In this document: piece by piece, positions 12,700 to 25,100 of the stretch | How the letters are laid out: the number at the start of each line of letters is the position of its first letter | Position numbering within the stretch: the first letter of the stretch is position 1 | Origin: Pseudovirgaria hyperparasitica | Lineage: Eukaryota | Direction: 5' to 3' (one strand) | DNA: 64,000 bases | Assembly (NCBI GenBank): GCA_010093815.1 | Contig: ML996570.1 | Position numbers and translations under genes: made by a program | The notes under the pieces: generated by a model | Told to the model about the DNA's origin: nothing | The model's database searches: none | What the model saw: only the letters and a program-made list of their open reading frames with translations

Positions 12700-13090
12700 A
12701 GTAGCTAGGTAGTAGTAATTAGTCGGGCAAAAACAAATACCTACAGAGATCCGTCCAGAATTTTTAGCCTATACTAGTACTTTATTAGTCCAGTTAGAAA
12801 TAGTAGCGCTATCAAAGAGATAAAATATCTACTTTAAATAAATTATATATATGTTTTATAATAGCTATCTTAGTAATATAAGACTAAGTATAAGGTACTA
12901 TGTACACCTAAAGGCCATATAGGAATATATTAACTTTCTATACTTATGTACTAACGCATCTTTTCGAATTTCAGTCAAACTATAAGTAGATACACTACTT
13001 ATTGATTATTACTTCAGTATCATTACTAGTCGTCTAGTAGTATATATAGAATGTTCCAAGGTCTATGTTTTAAGTGAATCTAGGAACTTT
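12700..13090. repeat. AT/TpA-rich patch, probable RIP-degraded repeat relic
   Basis: Abrupt drop in GC with dense TA, TAG and CTA; no ORF; no element termini recognised. Confidence 0.4.
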
Positions 13091-13456
13091 GAAATCAACT
13101 CGAGTTTCGCTCGGCTGCTCTTTACAGGCTGCGTGTGCGTCCGACGCGCCGCTGATATTTTACTGAAGTCGTTGTGTCATGGAAGACGGGATCATGTGAA
13201 GTGAGCATGACACGGCAGGCAAACAGACCGCTTAGGTCTTATGCGGGGTAATAATACACGCGGTAAAAAGAGCAATATTGTTTCCTAGCAAGGGCCCGCT
13301 ACCTCCTACGTCTCAGAAACAATGGTCTATGCTACGGTGGTAGAAGATGCCGACCCAGGTAACCTTGCATTGATTGATGTTCCCTTCACTGTTGGGTGTA
13401 CCATGTCATGCAATGTAAATACAATAAAAAAGGCAATAACATCAACGACAGTTGAA

Positions 13457-15752
13457 TCAACGCTTGGTACTGAACATCTCGATACCAACCCCGTTCTTTC
13501 CCTCATGCACAGTGATGTCTTCGGCAGCTTTGACCAAGTCATATTCCATGCCCTCCGTCACCACGCTGTCTTGTTGATAGTCAGGGTGAGTGCGGACGAA
13601 GTGTCTGATCCACCTTGCAGCCGTCCATAGTCGTCCGTCTGCTCTCTTTCTAATGACATCCAGATACCTGGCGAATTCGCACCTAGTCTCGACGTCAATA
13701 TTCATACTATCAAGGTAGCTCTCAACTAGTGGTATCAGGCCGGGAAAGCCGTCAGATGTGTTTTGCTGTCCATTAATAATTTCGTTAACTGTCATAAGCT
13801 CGTATTCATCCTCTACTGGCCCAAATGGCGATGATGGACGACTTGTAGGAGAATTTGATCCTGATACAGGTACGCTGCTAGGTCGTAGTCCACGGCCCGA
13901 GAAGGGATTCTTTCTGAAGTGGAATACACTAGACAGGACAGCATCACGTGCGTGAGCGGTCTCCATGTTCTCCGTGACGCGAGCTATGGGCATGTAGAAG
14001 TTGAGATCGAAGCTGAGTATGGCTCTTGTAATCAGGACAATGAAAATAGCAAACGCGGCATTCTCAAAGTCGGTGATTTGTATTTCCATCGACCTAAATT
14101 CGACACGCCAGCCAATGTCAGAACCAGCTGGCGGTGGCTTGAATCGCATGTGTTGCCAGTTAGTCGACTGCAAATTCTCAAAATGATCGACTTTTTCCAG
14201 GTCTAGCTCTTTGAGATCCTCGGCGAATACAACGATTGGGTCACGAATGAACAAATGCGCAAAATGTGTGGCAAGGAGATCATCCATACCGCCTTGCACA
14301 AGGCGTTGTTTCAGATCGCCGTCAACAATCAGATCAGGGTCGAGATATTCCTTCCGTAATCGCGGATCGTTTGCGATGTAAGTCGAGTTAGATGCATATC
14401 TGGACTTAGGTATCCTCCAACGATCATTCTGGAGCGGCTGTGTGACATCAGACGATGGCATTATGAAGATCGACACAGGTCCTTACCTTCTCGCCTAACT
14501 CTTCAGCAGTTCTATCGTCGACAGCTCTGCTAATCTGGTTCCAACGAACGTCTGTATCGGCAAGGAAACCTTTATATACAGGGGTAGCAGCGGTCAATGC
14601 GAGGAATATGGGCCCCAAAGGACTGAGTTGATCATACATCTTCCGACCCTCATCGATACTTTTGGCTTGGAATGTGATCTGCAGGCAGCAGCTACCCATC
14701 CCGAAGGCCATAGCGTCCATGTGGATGTATTCGTCCTTGACAGCACCATTGCGTACGTCGTCATCCTCCGGCCATTTATGTAGATCGTAGTCCACTGTTG
14801 GGTCTTTGAAGGGACGGGGTGTCTGCGAATCGTGAAAGACAGGCACATTGACCTGCACTTTGCGGCCTCTTCGCCAACGTATATTCGCGGCCAGGGTCGG
14901 GAAGCGTATGTGAGGATTCGCGATCTCATCCGGTAAGAACTGTGATCGAAGTTTTGGCCCTGAGGTCTCATAGCTCGGAACCGTACAGTCTGGGCGGCCT
15001 AACCGGGGAAACGTGGTTAGAGTAATTGGGTATTCCGTACCTCCCATGTGCTCTTTGGCGATTTGGCGTCTTCTATCGTTAGTTCTGACACATATAAGCG
15101 TGTTGAAAGCAGCATTACCGCCATTTCATGTCCGGTTCCACATCAAGGAGCTCCTTAAACCCTATACCCCAAGGCTTACCGGGCGTGGCTTCGAGCATGA
15201 ATCTACCAAACTCAGGGTGAAAAGTCGGAGCACATTTCTCGGGTCTATATCTCGAGTCAGATAAGACATCAGTGACAGGATAGTCTAACGACAGACTTTG
15301 GATTTCCTGTCTGCACGTCAGGCACACTACCACCCTGCTTCAGTAACTTCTCATCTTCGGCTAGCGCTTGAAGGATGTCAGCCTGTCGAAGGGAGAGTCG
15401 CACTCTTCGGTTCTCCTCATCAAAGCACACAACGAGGTACTCTACCTATGAGATAATGTGAGCGGAAGTCTCTGAGAAGTGTTGTGATACTGACTTCATC
15501 GCCCCACAGAAGAGCATCTCTTTCTTTGCCTTTTGCTCTTCGCCAAGTTGTCAATAATTGCTGTGGAAGGAATCAGCACATAAGTTTGCACTGGGATATA
15601 AAGAACTGTAGACCTCGATACCCCAACCTCTGACCTGATTTGCGATCTTCTTTGCCTCAGGCCACTCTAATGGTGTTCCAAGGGCGCTAGTGAGAAAAGA
15701 AACGTGAGCTAGGATCAGAGGGGCATGACGGGTTTGCGTACAGTAAACCCAT
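13457..15752 (-). CDS. GSH1: Glutamate-cysteine ligase catalytic subunit (multi-exon)
   Basis: MGLL/ALGTPLEW N-terminus across short exons; LWGDE, FHPEFGRFMLEATPG, MDAMAFGMGSCCLQITFQ, HFENLQSTNWQ, GWRVEFRSMEIQITDFENAA. Confidence 0.96.
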
Positions 15753-16859
15753 TATTCCGATAGAATGCGCGCCTAAGTCACTCTACAGTCTTGACGTGAG
15801 AGTGTATGATTGTCCTGGCAATGAAAAAGTTGCGTTTAAAGAAGCCGGTGACCAGATGCTGCAAAGGTGACGTTGTTGACAAATCAACGAAGGGTTTGCG
15901 CTAGTTAGGCCCGCCAGACTTTGCTTGTATGCGTATGCGACCGCCGGGATGATAATCTCATTCACCCGTTGGCGTTAGTCCTCTGAAGCTATCCGCGAGA
16001 TTGACAAGGTGGCTCCCGTGATGAACTTCTAAGGCTGCTTCGAGTCGTAATATCTCAACTGCCCGGTCCGTGTTTCAAGTGTTAGGCATGGACCGCCAGT
16101 AACTTGCGAAACTGGCCGAACAATGATACTGGAGTTTCAGTAGAAGAGGTTTGGTAGAACCAGTTGCGCATACAGTCGTTGTACTGGTGGGCTGTATGAA
16201 GCCTTGACGTTCTTCCGCCGGTCAAAGCCTCTTGGCTCGCTATCCGGAATGCGAAGCCAAGTTCCCCTAGAACCTCATGTCAATAGCGCGACTGTCATTC
16301 TGATACGAACTTTGAACAAAAATGAATGCTAGCGATATGGAAGGCATGGTACTTCGTAAGTTCAATCACAGGAAATTACCTGAGCAATGTCTTCGGCCGG
16401 TCAGCATACCCCATATTTAAAGCCGAAAAGCAGCGAATTTGCGCCGTGATCCGTGTTGCGCTGGAGATCGTACGCAACGGTACTTGGGTGAAATTGGATG
16501 GTAATCTATTTCACATATCACAATAGTGAGACATTCTACACTGTCTATTGGAGGCTACTCGGATGTAGACCTAGAAAAAATGGCGCAGAACAGGATAACA
16601 TATTCGCGCCTAAGCAATTCAAAACCTCTATCGTACATGTATATAACCTTTACTGTAATTCATCATCATATTGATCGTGCGTTTTCGTAGTATTAACCCA
16701 CTGATGAAGGGCATGCACTTGTCTGTTGGCGTGTGCCATTCGAAGACTTTTGAAAGACTCAGACTCGATCGACGTCATATCGTACAGTATAGTATGTACG
16801 TTGTGGCACTGTATGAAATATTCGAGGTATGGAATTATATAAGTATGATGAAGCGCATG

Positions 16860-17345
16860 TTAGCCGGGTCCGATGCGAGGCCTGGATTCAAGGTTAGATT
16901 TCGCAAGCTACTCCAATACATAATGCACTTACATGTCATGATGTTCGCTGAGGGTACTCAAGTATCTATTCAGGTCCTCAACTTTCTCCTTATGAGTCTT
17001 GACGCCTTCTCGCTTCAATCGCTCATTGAGTCTTCGTTTTCTCTGCTCCTCGAATCTGAGCTCCGCTTCAGTTTTACCACCACGAGCCTTGAAGTCAGCT
17101 AGCTGCTTGTCAATGTTGTCACCCATGGTATCATCATTGCTTGTAGTCGCATTTTCTGTTTGATCGTTGTTCAATGAGCTTGAGTGGTTCTCGTTGACTT
17201 GTGGCGGTACGTCTCGCTTGGAGGAGGTCTCTGCTGCTTCGCCTCCTGGTCTCGTCTTCTTTTTCTTCTTTTTCTTCTCCACGCCAGCGGCGCCTTTTAG
17301 TTTCAGCGATCCAGCTCCAACGGAAGTATATTCGGCTGGTGCCAT
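16860..17345 (-). CDS. FAM32A/DUF1754 family small Lys-rich nuclear protein
   Basis: GSLKLKG, KKKKKK and KTHKEKVEDLNRYLSTLSEHHDM, spliced to a terminal exon PRIGPG* (16881-16860). Confidence 0.88.
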
Positions 17346-17704
17346 CGCTGACTGCGGAATACGGACTGACGAGGGGTGGTGTCAAATGGAGCTAGAAGTC
17401 TTCACCCAACTCCAGAACTACCTAACATAAACCGGAGGTGGCGGCTTGGCAACGGGGATAACGCCCCTACTGGAAGGCGCCGAAGAAATCGGCCTCACAA
17501 ACCACCACACGAACCACTATGGGAAACTCGCCCACTGCGGCGCCGTCGTCAAAGCCGAGGCACTGTCGAATCTGAGCGACTTATAAGACTGGAAGTCTCT
17601 GCGCACATTTTGCAGAATCCCGACAGAGTACAAAACTGTTCATTACTACCAGTCTCCATTTTGAGGGCTAGGACGCACAACCACAATCGGACTAATCTCT
17701 CAGC

Positions 17705-19135
17705 ATGTCTACTTTCAACGCCGTACATTTAGCCAAGCGTCCTACCAGCGACATCATACCCGGCGAAACATTTGAAGTCAAAGTGCATCCTACACCTAAA
17801 GAAACAGATCTCAAAGATGGCCAAGTCATTTTTCAAAGCAACTACCTAAGTTTAGACCCGGCTATGCGAGGATGGCTCAAGGGTTGGTCTACCTGGAATG
17901 AGATATACGTAGCTCGCGCCCCAAGTCAATTTAGACATTGTTGAGATGCAAAGGCCAAGCTGACCCATACACATTACTTTAGATGCCCGTTCCTACGTCC
18001 CACCAGTAAAGATCGGTGAGATAATGCGTGGCGCTGCCGTCGGCAAGGTCGTAGGGTCCAAATCATCAAAGTTTCCTGTTGGCTCCTATGCCACAGCTAC
18101 ATGTGGATGGGCTGAGCTCGCAGTTGTTTCAGACAAATATGTCGAGAAGGTCGAGCTGCCGTCCAACGCAAGCATTGCGGATTCGCTCGGTATACTTGGT
18201 ACGTAACTTGTCTGCCTTATCGATTGTTTGCTGTGGCGGTGTCAGCCACATGGATTGCAGAAGTCTCTGCGGGTACCTGGAAACCATTCTCCGTCCTCGG
18301 TTCCCCATAACCTCTTCGGGGGACCTTATCAAGACGGGTCTGTCCGCACCCAGGTCCAGACTGCAGCCAATCAACCGCACACCCCTCTTCAAGATATCAG
18401 ATAATTCGCACGGTTTTGCGCTAACGACCCAAGGGTTGACGGGACTTACTGCCTATTTTGGCATACTGGACGTTGGTCAGGTCAAGGCTGGAGATTTTGT
18501 GGTTGTCTCGGGCGCTGCAGGAGCCACTGGCAGTGTAGTTGGCCAGATTTGCAAGATCAAAGGCGCAAGAGTCCTGGGTCTGGCCGGTACTGACGATAAA
18601 TGTGCATGGCTCATCAACGAACTGGGTTTCGACGCAGCTCTCAATTACAAGGAGCAAAATTTCCCCAAGAACTTCCGTGACGCTACGAAAGGACTCATTG
18701 ACATCTTTTTTGACAATGTAGGAGGTGATATCCTTGACATGGCCCTAGGAAGAGCGAAACCTCACTCACGCTTCGTTATGTGCGGTGGCATCAGTCAGTA
18801 CAATGCCGCGGAGGCAAAGGGTCCAAAGAACTACATGATGATCGTTGCCATGAGGATTAGAATGCAAGGATTCATTGTGACTGATTATGAGAGCCAATTC
18901 GTCGAGGCTAGAAGAGAACTTGCACAATGGATGTCCGAAGGCAAAATCAAGGGCAAACTCCATATTGTTCGTGGTGGGCTTGAGAAAGCTGAACAAGCTT
19001 TGGTGGATTTGTACAAGGGGGTTAACACTGGTGAGTTCCTAATTACTGTGTAATGAGAATGATGCTGACTTTCACCCACTAGGTAAGCTGCTAGTCGAAA
19101 TCAAGCCAGATGCAGATACCAAGTCGAAGCTATGA
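17705..19135 (+). CDS. NADP-dependent zinc-independent MDR oxidoreductase (PTGR/alkenal reductase family) with C-terminal PTS1 (SKL)
   Basis: YLSLDPAMRGW, GLTGLTAYFG, VVVSGAAGATGS, FFDNVGG, CGGISQYN. Introns ~17882-17982, 18199-18433, 19031-19082. Last exon GKLLVEIKPDADTKSKL*. Confidence 0.92.
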
Positions 19136-22100
19136 ACCAACAGAAATTGTTGTACGAGGTGCCGATTTTACTGCATACGTATCACTTATTGCACAGGCTC
19201 AGCCCGGTGCACTTGGTTTTAATGACGAGGAATAAGCATTGGCATAGATAATATAAGAAACAAAGAACCAGGAATCCGGCCCACACCACACAAATATTCA
19301 TGTTCCAGGTTAGGAGCGGGCTTACGTGTAGCGCTCCCGAATAAAAGGGCAAGTATTGTCATTTGATGTTCGTCACACCCATACATCCACGGGCGTCATA
19401 ACTAGATGGTCAGTCTCAGTACCCAGCCGTAGCCGCATCTCTCCTATATTACACAAGGCATGGTAGAGGCGATACTGCGATCTAGCACGGCTGAGAGTGA
19501 GCAACACAGCAACATGGAGCGACAACATCAATATGGTATACAAACCCTAGCTTATAATAGCCCCTTGCATGCATATTTCAACAGCAGACAACCCCATCCA
19601 AAATGTGGAGACTCAAATGCCGAAACATTACCCTCGTAATATTCTCCGAAAGTCAGGCAGTATATTTATTTACAGCTGGGAGATGAACCATAGTCATAGT
19701 CCACATTCAACATTTTCAAATTACGCCATGGTACCTCTCTGTCTTAAATTTTCGACGGCTGCGCACATCCCTCTCATTTATTGAGGAGTATTATCGACAG
19801 TACGCTAAATGCGAGTCTTCAGTGCGAACGGCAACGTCTTAATTCTAGCGTCGGCGATCTCTGTAAGTCAGATAGGAGGAAGCCGAGGACAAGGCTACAT
19901 TACTACTGTGATGGATTTTGTGCAGTAAAAAGAAATCCATACAGGCGTCATCATGCATGGGCAGACGTCTAACGATTCTGCTCCAATCTGGGTGACCTCG
20001 GGACGAGCACGCTTTTACAGGGGCCCTGGCCGCCAGGATGTACCTGCTCGCAGCGCTGCTTTTGTTGTTTGAAATAGCAGGACGCTTGCATACCGCGGTA
20101 GGTAGACGCGTATAAGCATGTCGTTGAGACAGGACATACCTGCTTCAAACCCCCAAGAAACGTGGCAAAGGAACACAAACACAGGCTACAGTTTATAAAA
20201 TCTTCTAAGCGAGCATGGATACCAGGCATTCGACAAAGACTGCGGCCGTATAGATTGCCGTCGGCAACGGCCATGGCCGCCTCCATCTCGTTCGCACGTG
20301 CATGCACAACAGGAGTTCGCCCTTTCAACGTAGATGGACAGAAGGTCGATGACAATAAATAGTCGAATGTCCAGTGCTTGAAATTCGCAACGGGATTGGA
20401 CGACTGGAGATCTCAACAACTGCACGGTCGCCCTTGATCTCGGCGATGAGCTCTGAGAGCAGTCTAGGAGCTAACAGTATTGCTTAGCGCCATCGATCTC
20501 GGAGCCCGCCTGCGAGCAACGGTAGCAGTCTAAGGTAACGAGAGGGAGTGATCGATAGTGTAATAGTGGGGTGTAGAAGATGTTCAGGATTGGACAGTAG
20601 TATCTAGTTATCAGATTTCTGCAGAATAATTTGGGCATGGGTAATATGGCCCAGGGGGACGGACAAGGACATGGACCACCAAAGACACCCACCACAACTA
20701 CATTCATCGCTACGGGAGAGCCGTCGCCGCCGCGGTAGCAGCAGTGCGCCGTCAGAGATATTATACCCTCAATTACGATGATTCCATTTCCTGAAGACTC
20801 ACTCCTTGGTCCCGCCATACGATTGCCGCCGAATGGAGCGTGGTCTAACTTCAACAGCGGGACCGTATAGAGAGCCCCAAGCCATCTCATGGTCTGGTAG
20901 CTATCACAGTCGTAATTCGTCATATCTACTAGCTGATGGTGTTTGACGGATGCTTAACAGGCGCCGACTAGTTCTAGCTGGTACCCTGCAGCTCGGTGGC
21001 TTCTTCGGCCTTGGCAGCTTAATTCGACCCCCTACCTTTTGATACTGAACCCTCACACTAAGCAAGCATCGCCTCAACACCGTCTAAAATCACGTTCCAA
21101 CCTTGTCATCACCGAAACCTCGATTTTCTTCTTCGTCCTCCATCTTACTCCGTCAGTCTGGTGCCACTCTGTCCCTGATCAGTATTGTGGGCCCGCTACA
21201 ACCCCCGGACTGTGTGTCTCATCCCGCCTGCTATCTACCTCCACCTACGCGTCTGTCCACTATGCGTATCCACCCAAATATGTTTTCGTCGACTGTTGCC
21301 GTACACTCCTCCTAGCACTGGTCTTCGCCACAGTTCTTGTAGACCAGTACGGTAGATGGCAATTATGCCGGCAGCTGTCAAGCTGCCTCAAGGTCCGAAG
21401 AAGCTAGGAACAGCAGAGCGTGCATGTTCAACCGAAATGGCTCGTTGGTGCTGTAGATGACTTTGCCTTGAATTTGTGATATCATGCTACTGCTTGATAG
21501 CCGGGATCGAAAAAGCACAGTTGCGAACAATTGAGATCAGATTGCTCAGGCCCGCGGGTTGACGCCAGTTCGAAAAAACTCTTCCGCTGACTTTACTCAT
21601 CCGCCCCCCTCCCCATGATACGAACACGTACCTGACAGGCCTAGTCCCTGGCATCCCGCTTCCCGAAGGTCCATGTTATCAAATGCTCGTCTATGTGCAG
21701 GGCTGATAGTTGTTATCATTTGCTCCTTCAATTCCGTTCTTATGGAACCACTCAAGCATATACAACTCCGGCCTCTATTGGGCTCAACAGGCCTACCTTG
21801 TCGCTCTAAAGTGGATAGTGTTTTTTTCATAATCCGCAATGATTGTGCTACCAGTACTGTTTAGGGTACTGTCCTTTCTTCGACAGTCTCTGGCCGATCC
21901 GACTAGCAGGGCTTCGCGGTCCTCAACGGCATCCTAGCGAGGTTGATCTAGTGAGTTGTGGATTGAGTATGCTGTCACCCTTGTTCTGTTGGTTATTCAT
22001 GATGGGGTCCATACGAGCCACATTGACGCAATCCACCACGCAAGCAATCCTTATATAGGAGCTGCCAATTCTGCCAGAGTATGCAGTTAGTGGTGTTCGC

Positions 22101-22183
22101 TGCCTGACCCCAAATTGTCACTCACTTTGCTCAGTGTAAATTTTTCAGTACTCTATTCTGGAGTGCGTTCCCAGTGACTCATC

Positions 22184-25100
22184 ATGTTGCACCGCAACAT
22201 AGGTGTGGTGCTCTTATTCTTCAGTGCTATAGCACTCGCGCTACGCTATGACTCTGCTCACGATGGTTGGAACCTGAACGAAAACAAAACAGCCTTGGAT
22301 CCCGTACACTATGCGGGATCATGGAGCAATGAGACCTACAATCACACCTACAATCCGTCTCCGACCAACTGGAGAATGCCGTTTTATGTGCTCACCCTCG
22401 ATCGGTACATCGATGGTGACCCAACCAATAACGAAGCAAATGGTACAAATTTTGAGCACGACTGGCAAACTAATCAATTCCGATTTGGTGGAGATGCAAA
22501 GGGTCTCATGAACAACCTGGACTATATCCAAGGGATGGGAATCAAGGTTAGTATCGACATCACACACAAATACTGGGTGTGACTAAAATTCCTATAGGCA
22601 CTCTATATGTCAGGCACCCCTTTCATCAATATGCCGTGGGCAAGTGACGGCTTTGGGCCTCTAGACTTCACACTGCTTGATCATCATCACGGAACCATAC
22701 AAGATTGGCGGAACTTGATTACGGAAATTCATCGACGTAATATGTACATTGTACTGGACAATACAATTGCGACAATGGGGGACCTTTTCTCCTTCAAAGG
22801 CTATGAGAATGTCTCGACCCCATTCTCATTCAATGAATACGACGTGGTCTACAAGTCGGACCGCCAGTATCTCGACTTTTCTTACAAGAACGAGTGGAAT
22901 GCTTCTTGCCAATACCCGAGATTATGGCAGGCTGATGGCTATCCCATGGCCAATGCTAGCGTTCTTGACGGGATTTCTCATGGCTGTATGGACAGTGAAT
23001 TCGATCAGGTGTGTCTCATGTTCTACATTCTCATTGGGAGTATACTGGTATGCGAACATACTGTTCCTATTTCTGCCACGCAGAATGCATAACACGATTG
23101 TCGTTGAACTTGGTTTCAATCATGTGGACTTCACTAACTTCTTTGTAGTATGGTGATATTGCTGGTGTAGGAGAAGTTCCCGTGTGGGAGAATCAGCTCG
23201 GGAAGTTCGCCTCTGTCCAAGATCGTCTGCGTTCATGGCGACAAGATGTACTCGACAAGATCAATGTCTTTTCTTGCATGCAGATTTCTATGCTTGACAT
23301 TGATGGTTTTCGCATCGACAAGGCTGCACAGACACCGATTGATGTCTTTGGGAATTTCTCAGACTATCAACGCACATGCGCCAAACAGTACGGAAAAGAA
23401 AATTTCCTCATTGTCGGTGAGGTTGTGAGTAAGACCCCATACGCATCACTTATCATCGGCCGTGGAAAGGAACCTCAGAATGCATGGGACAACTTCGCAG
23501 ATGCGGTCGCAGCCAAAGATGTTCGCAACTCGACTGATTACATTCGCGAGTTCGGCCACAGCGCCCTAGACGGTGACGCGTTCCACTATCCAACTTATGG
23601 TGGCATTACCAGATTTCTTGGACTTGACGGTCCTATTGGATTGGAGGGAGTCAATTTCGTTGAGATATGGCACGATCTGGTTCGTCATGAGGATATGGTC
23701 AACGCCAATACTGCTGAGTTTGATCCACGCCACATGTTCGGCATGACCAACCAGGACGTTTTCAGGTGGCCTGGGTTAAAGGACGGCATACAACGCCACC
23801 TTTTAGGTTTATTGATCAATTATTTACAGATGCCTGGTATTCCATTCCACCTATGGGGCGAGGAGCAGATGTTCTACGTACTAGAGAACCAAGCCGCCGA
23901 TTATGTTTTTGGCCGGACACCTATGGGCTCTTCTCGCGCTTGGCAACTCCATGGGTGCTACAAAATCGGCCAGGAGGTTTATGTCAATCAACCGTTTGAC
24001 TCTGCAAATCGGGGCTGCGAGGATGATTCTGTCAGTCTCGACCACCGCGACCCGTCCCATCCAATCCGCAACATAATCAAACGGATGTACGAGCTCAGAG
24101 AGCAGTACCCTGTACTGAATGATGGATTTACGGTCGAGACACTTATGAATCGCACTCAAAGTGTGTACCTGCCTGGAAGCTTAGGCATGCCTTCACCCAC
24201 TGGTCTTTGGAGTATTTATCGCGGTCGCACAGCAGCCGTACAGGACCTACAAGGAGGCCAGGGCAACCAGAGCGTCTGGTTAGTCTATCACAATAATGAT
24301 ACTATTGCTAACTACACGTCCGACTGTAATAGTAGCAACTATACCGACGTCATTCTCTCCGCGTTTCCGGGTGGTACCACAGTGAAGAACCTTTTCTATC
24401 CATACGAGGAATACACCCTTGAAAATTCAACGATTCAATTAGGGATTGATGGCGAGACAGAAACTAATGGCTGTCTAACTTCCGTTGAGCTAGCGCCCTA
24501 TGGATTCAAAGCATTTGTCCCAGTTGAAACCTTTGAGGATCCTCGTCCAACAATCACGAAAGTTGTGCCAGGTCATGATGAGCGATTAGTCTCGACAACA
24601 TCGGATGGCACCGGACAGGTTGTGCCATTCGAAATCCATTTCTCCACCGAAATGAATTGCGACTCTCTTCGAAATAATATCAGTATATCCTCTACTACTA
24701 ACGACGCATCAACTCCGACCTTCAACAAATCAAGCGTGACATGCCACACAATTGATGCAGAGACTGGTTCCTACGTCGGCTACGTGGCAGGCACATGGGT
24801 TTTCAAAGGAGAATTCGAGAATGTTTCAGACGGCATCCATGTGATCAGCATCAAGAACGTTACCAACGAAGCCGGTAATCAAAGTACGAATGCCTACGAT
24901 GCGTATATGTTTCGCATCGGCCAAAGAACGAACCCAATGGTCTTTCCTGGATCCTCTAACTACTCTACAAGTCTTCTGAATCGCGATGACACGACAGGAG
25001 ACCTATATGTTGCTCACAACGCTGCCGGAGCCAATCGTTGGCAGTATTCTCTTAATTGGGCCACCTCTTGGAGTGATTGGATTGACTACGAGCCGGGAAA

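Noticed and set aside
18079..19053. 324-aa ORF reading through the oxidoreductase intron
   Set aside because: Its N-terminal part starts at a non-ATG codon out of frame with exon 2. The spliced model restores the conserved MDR sequence.
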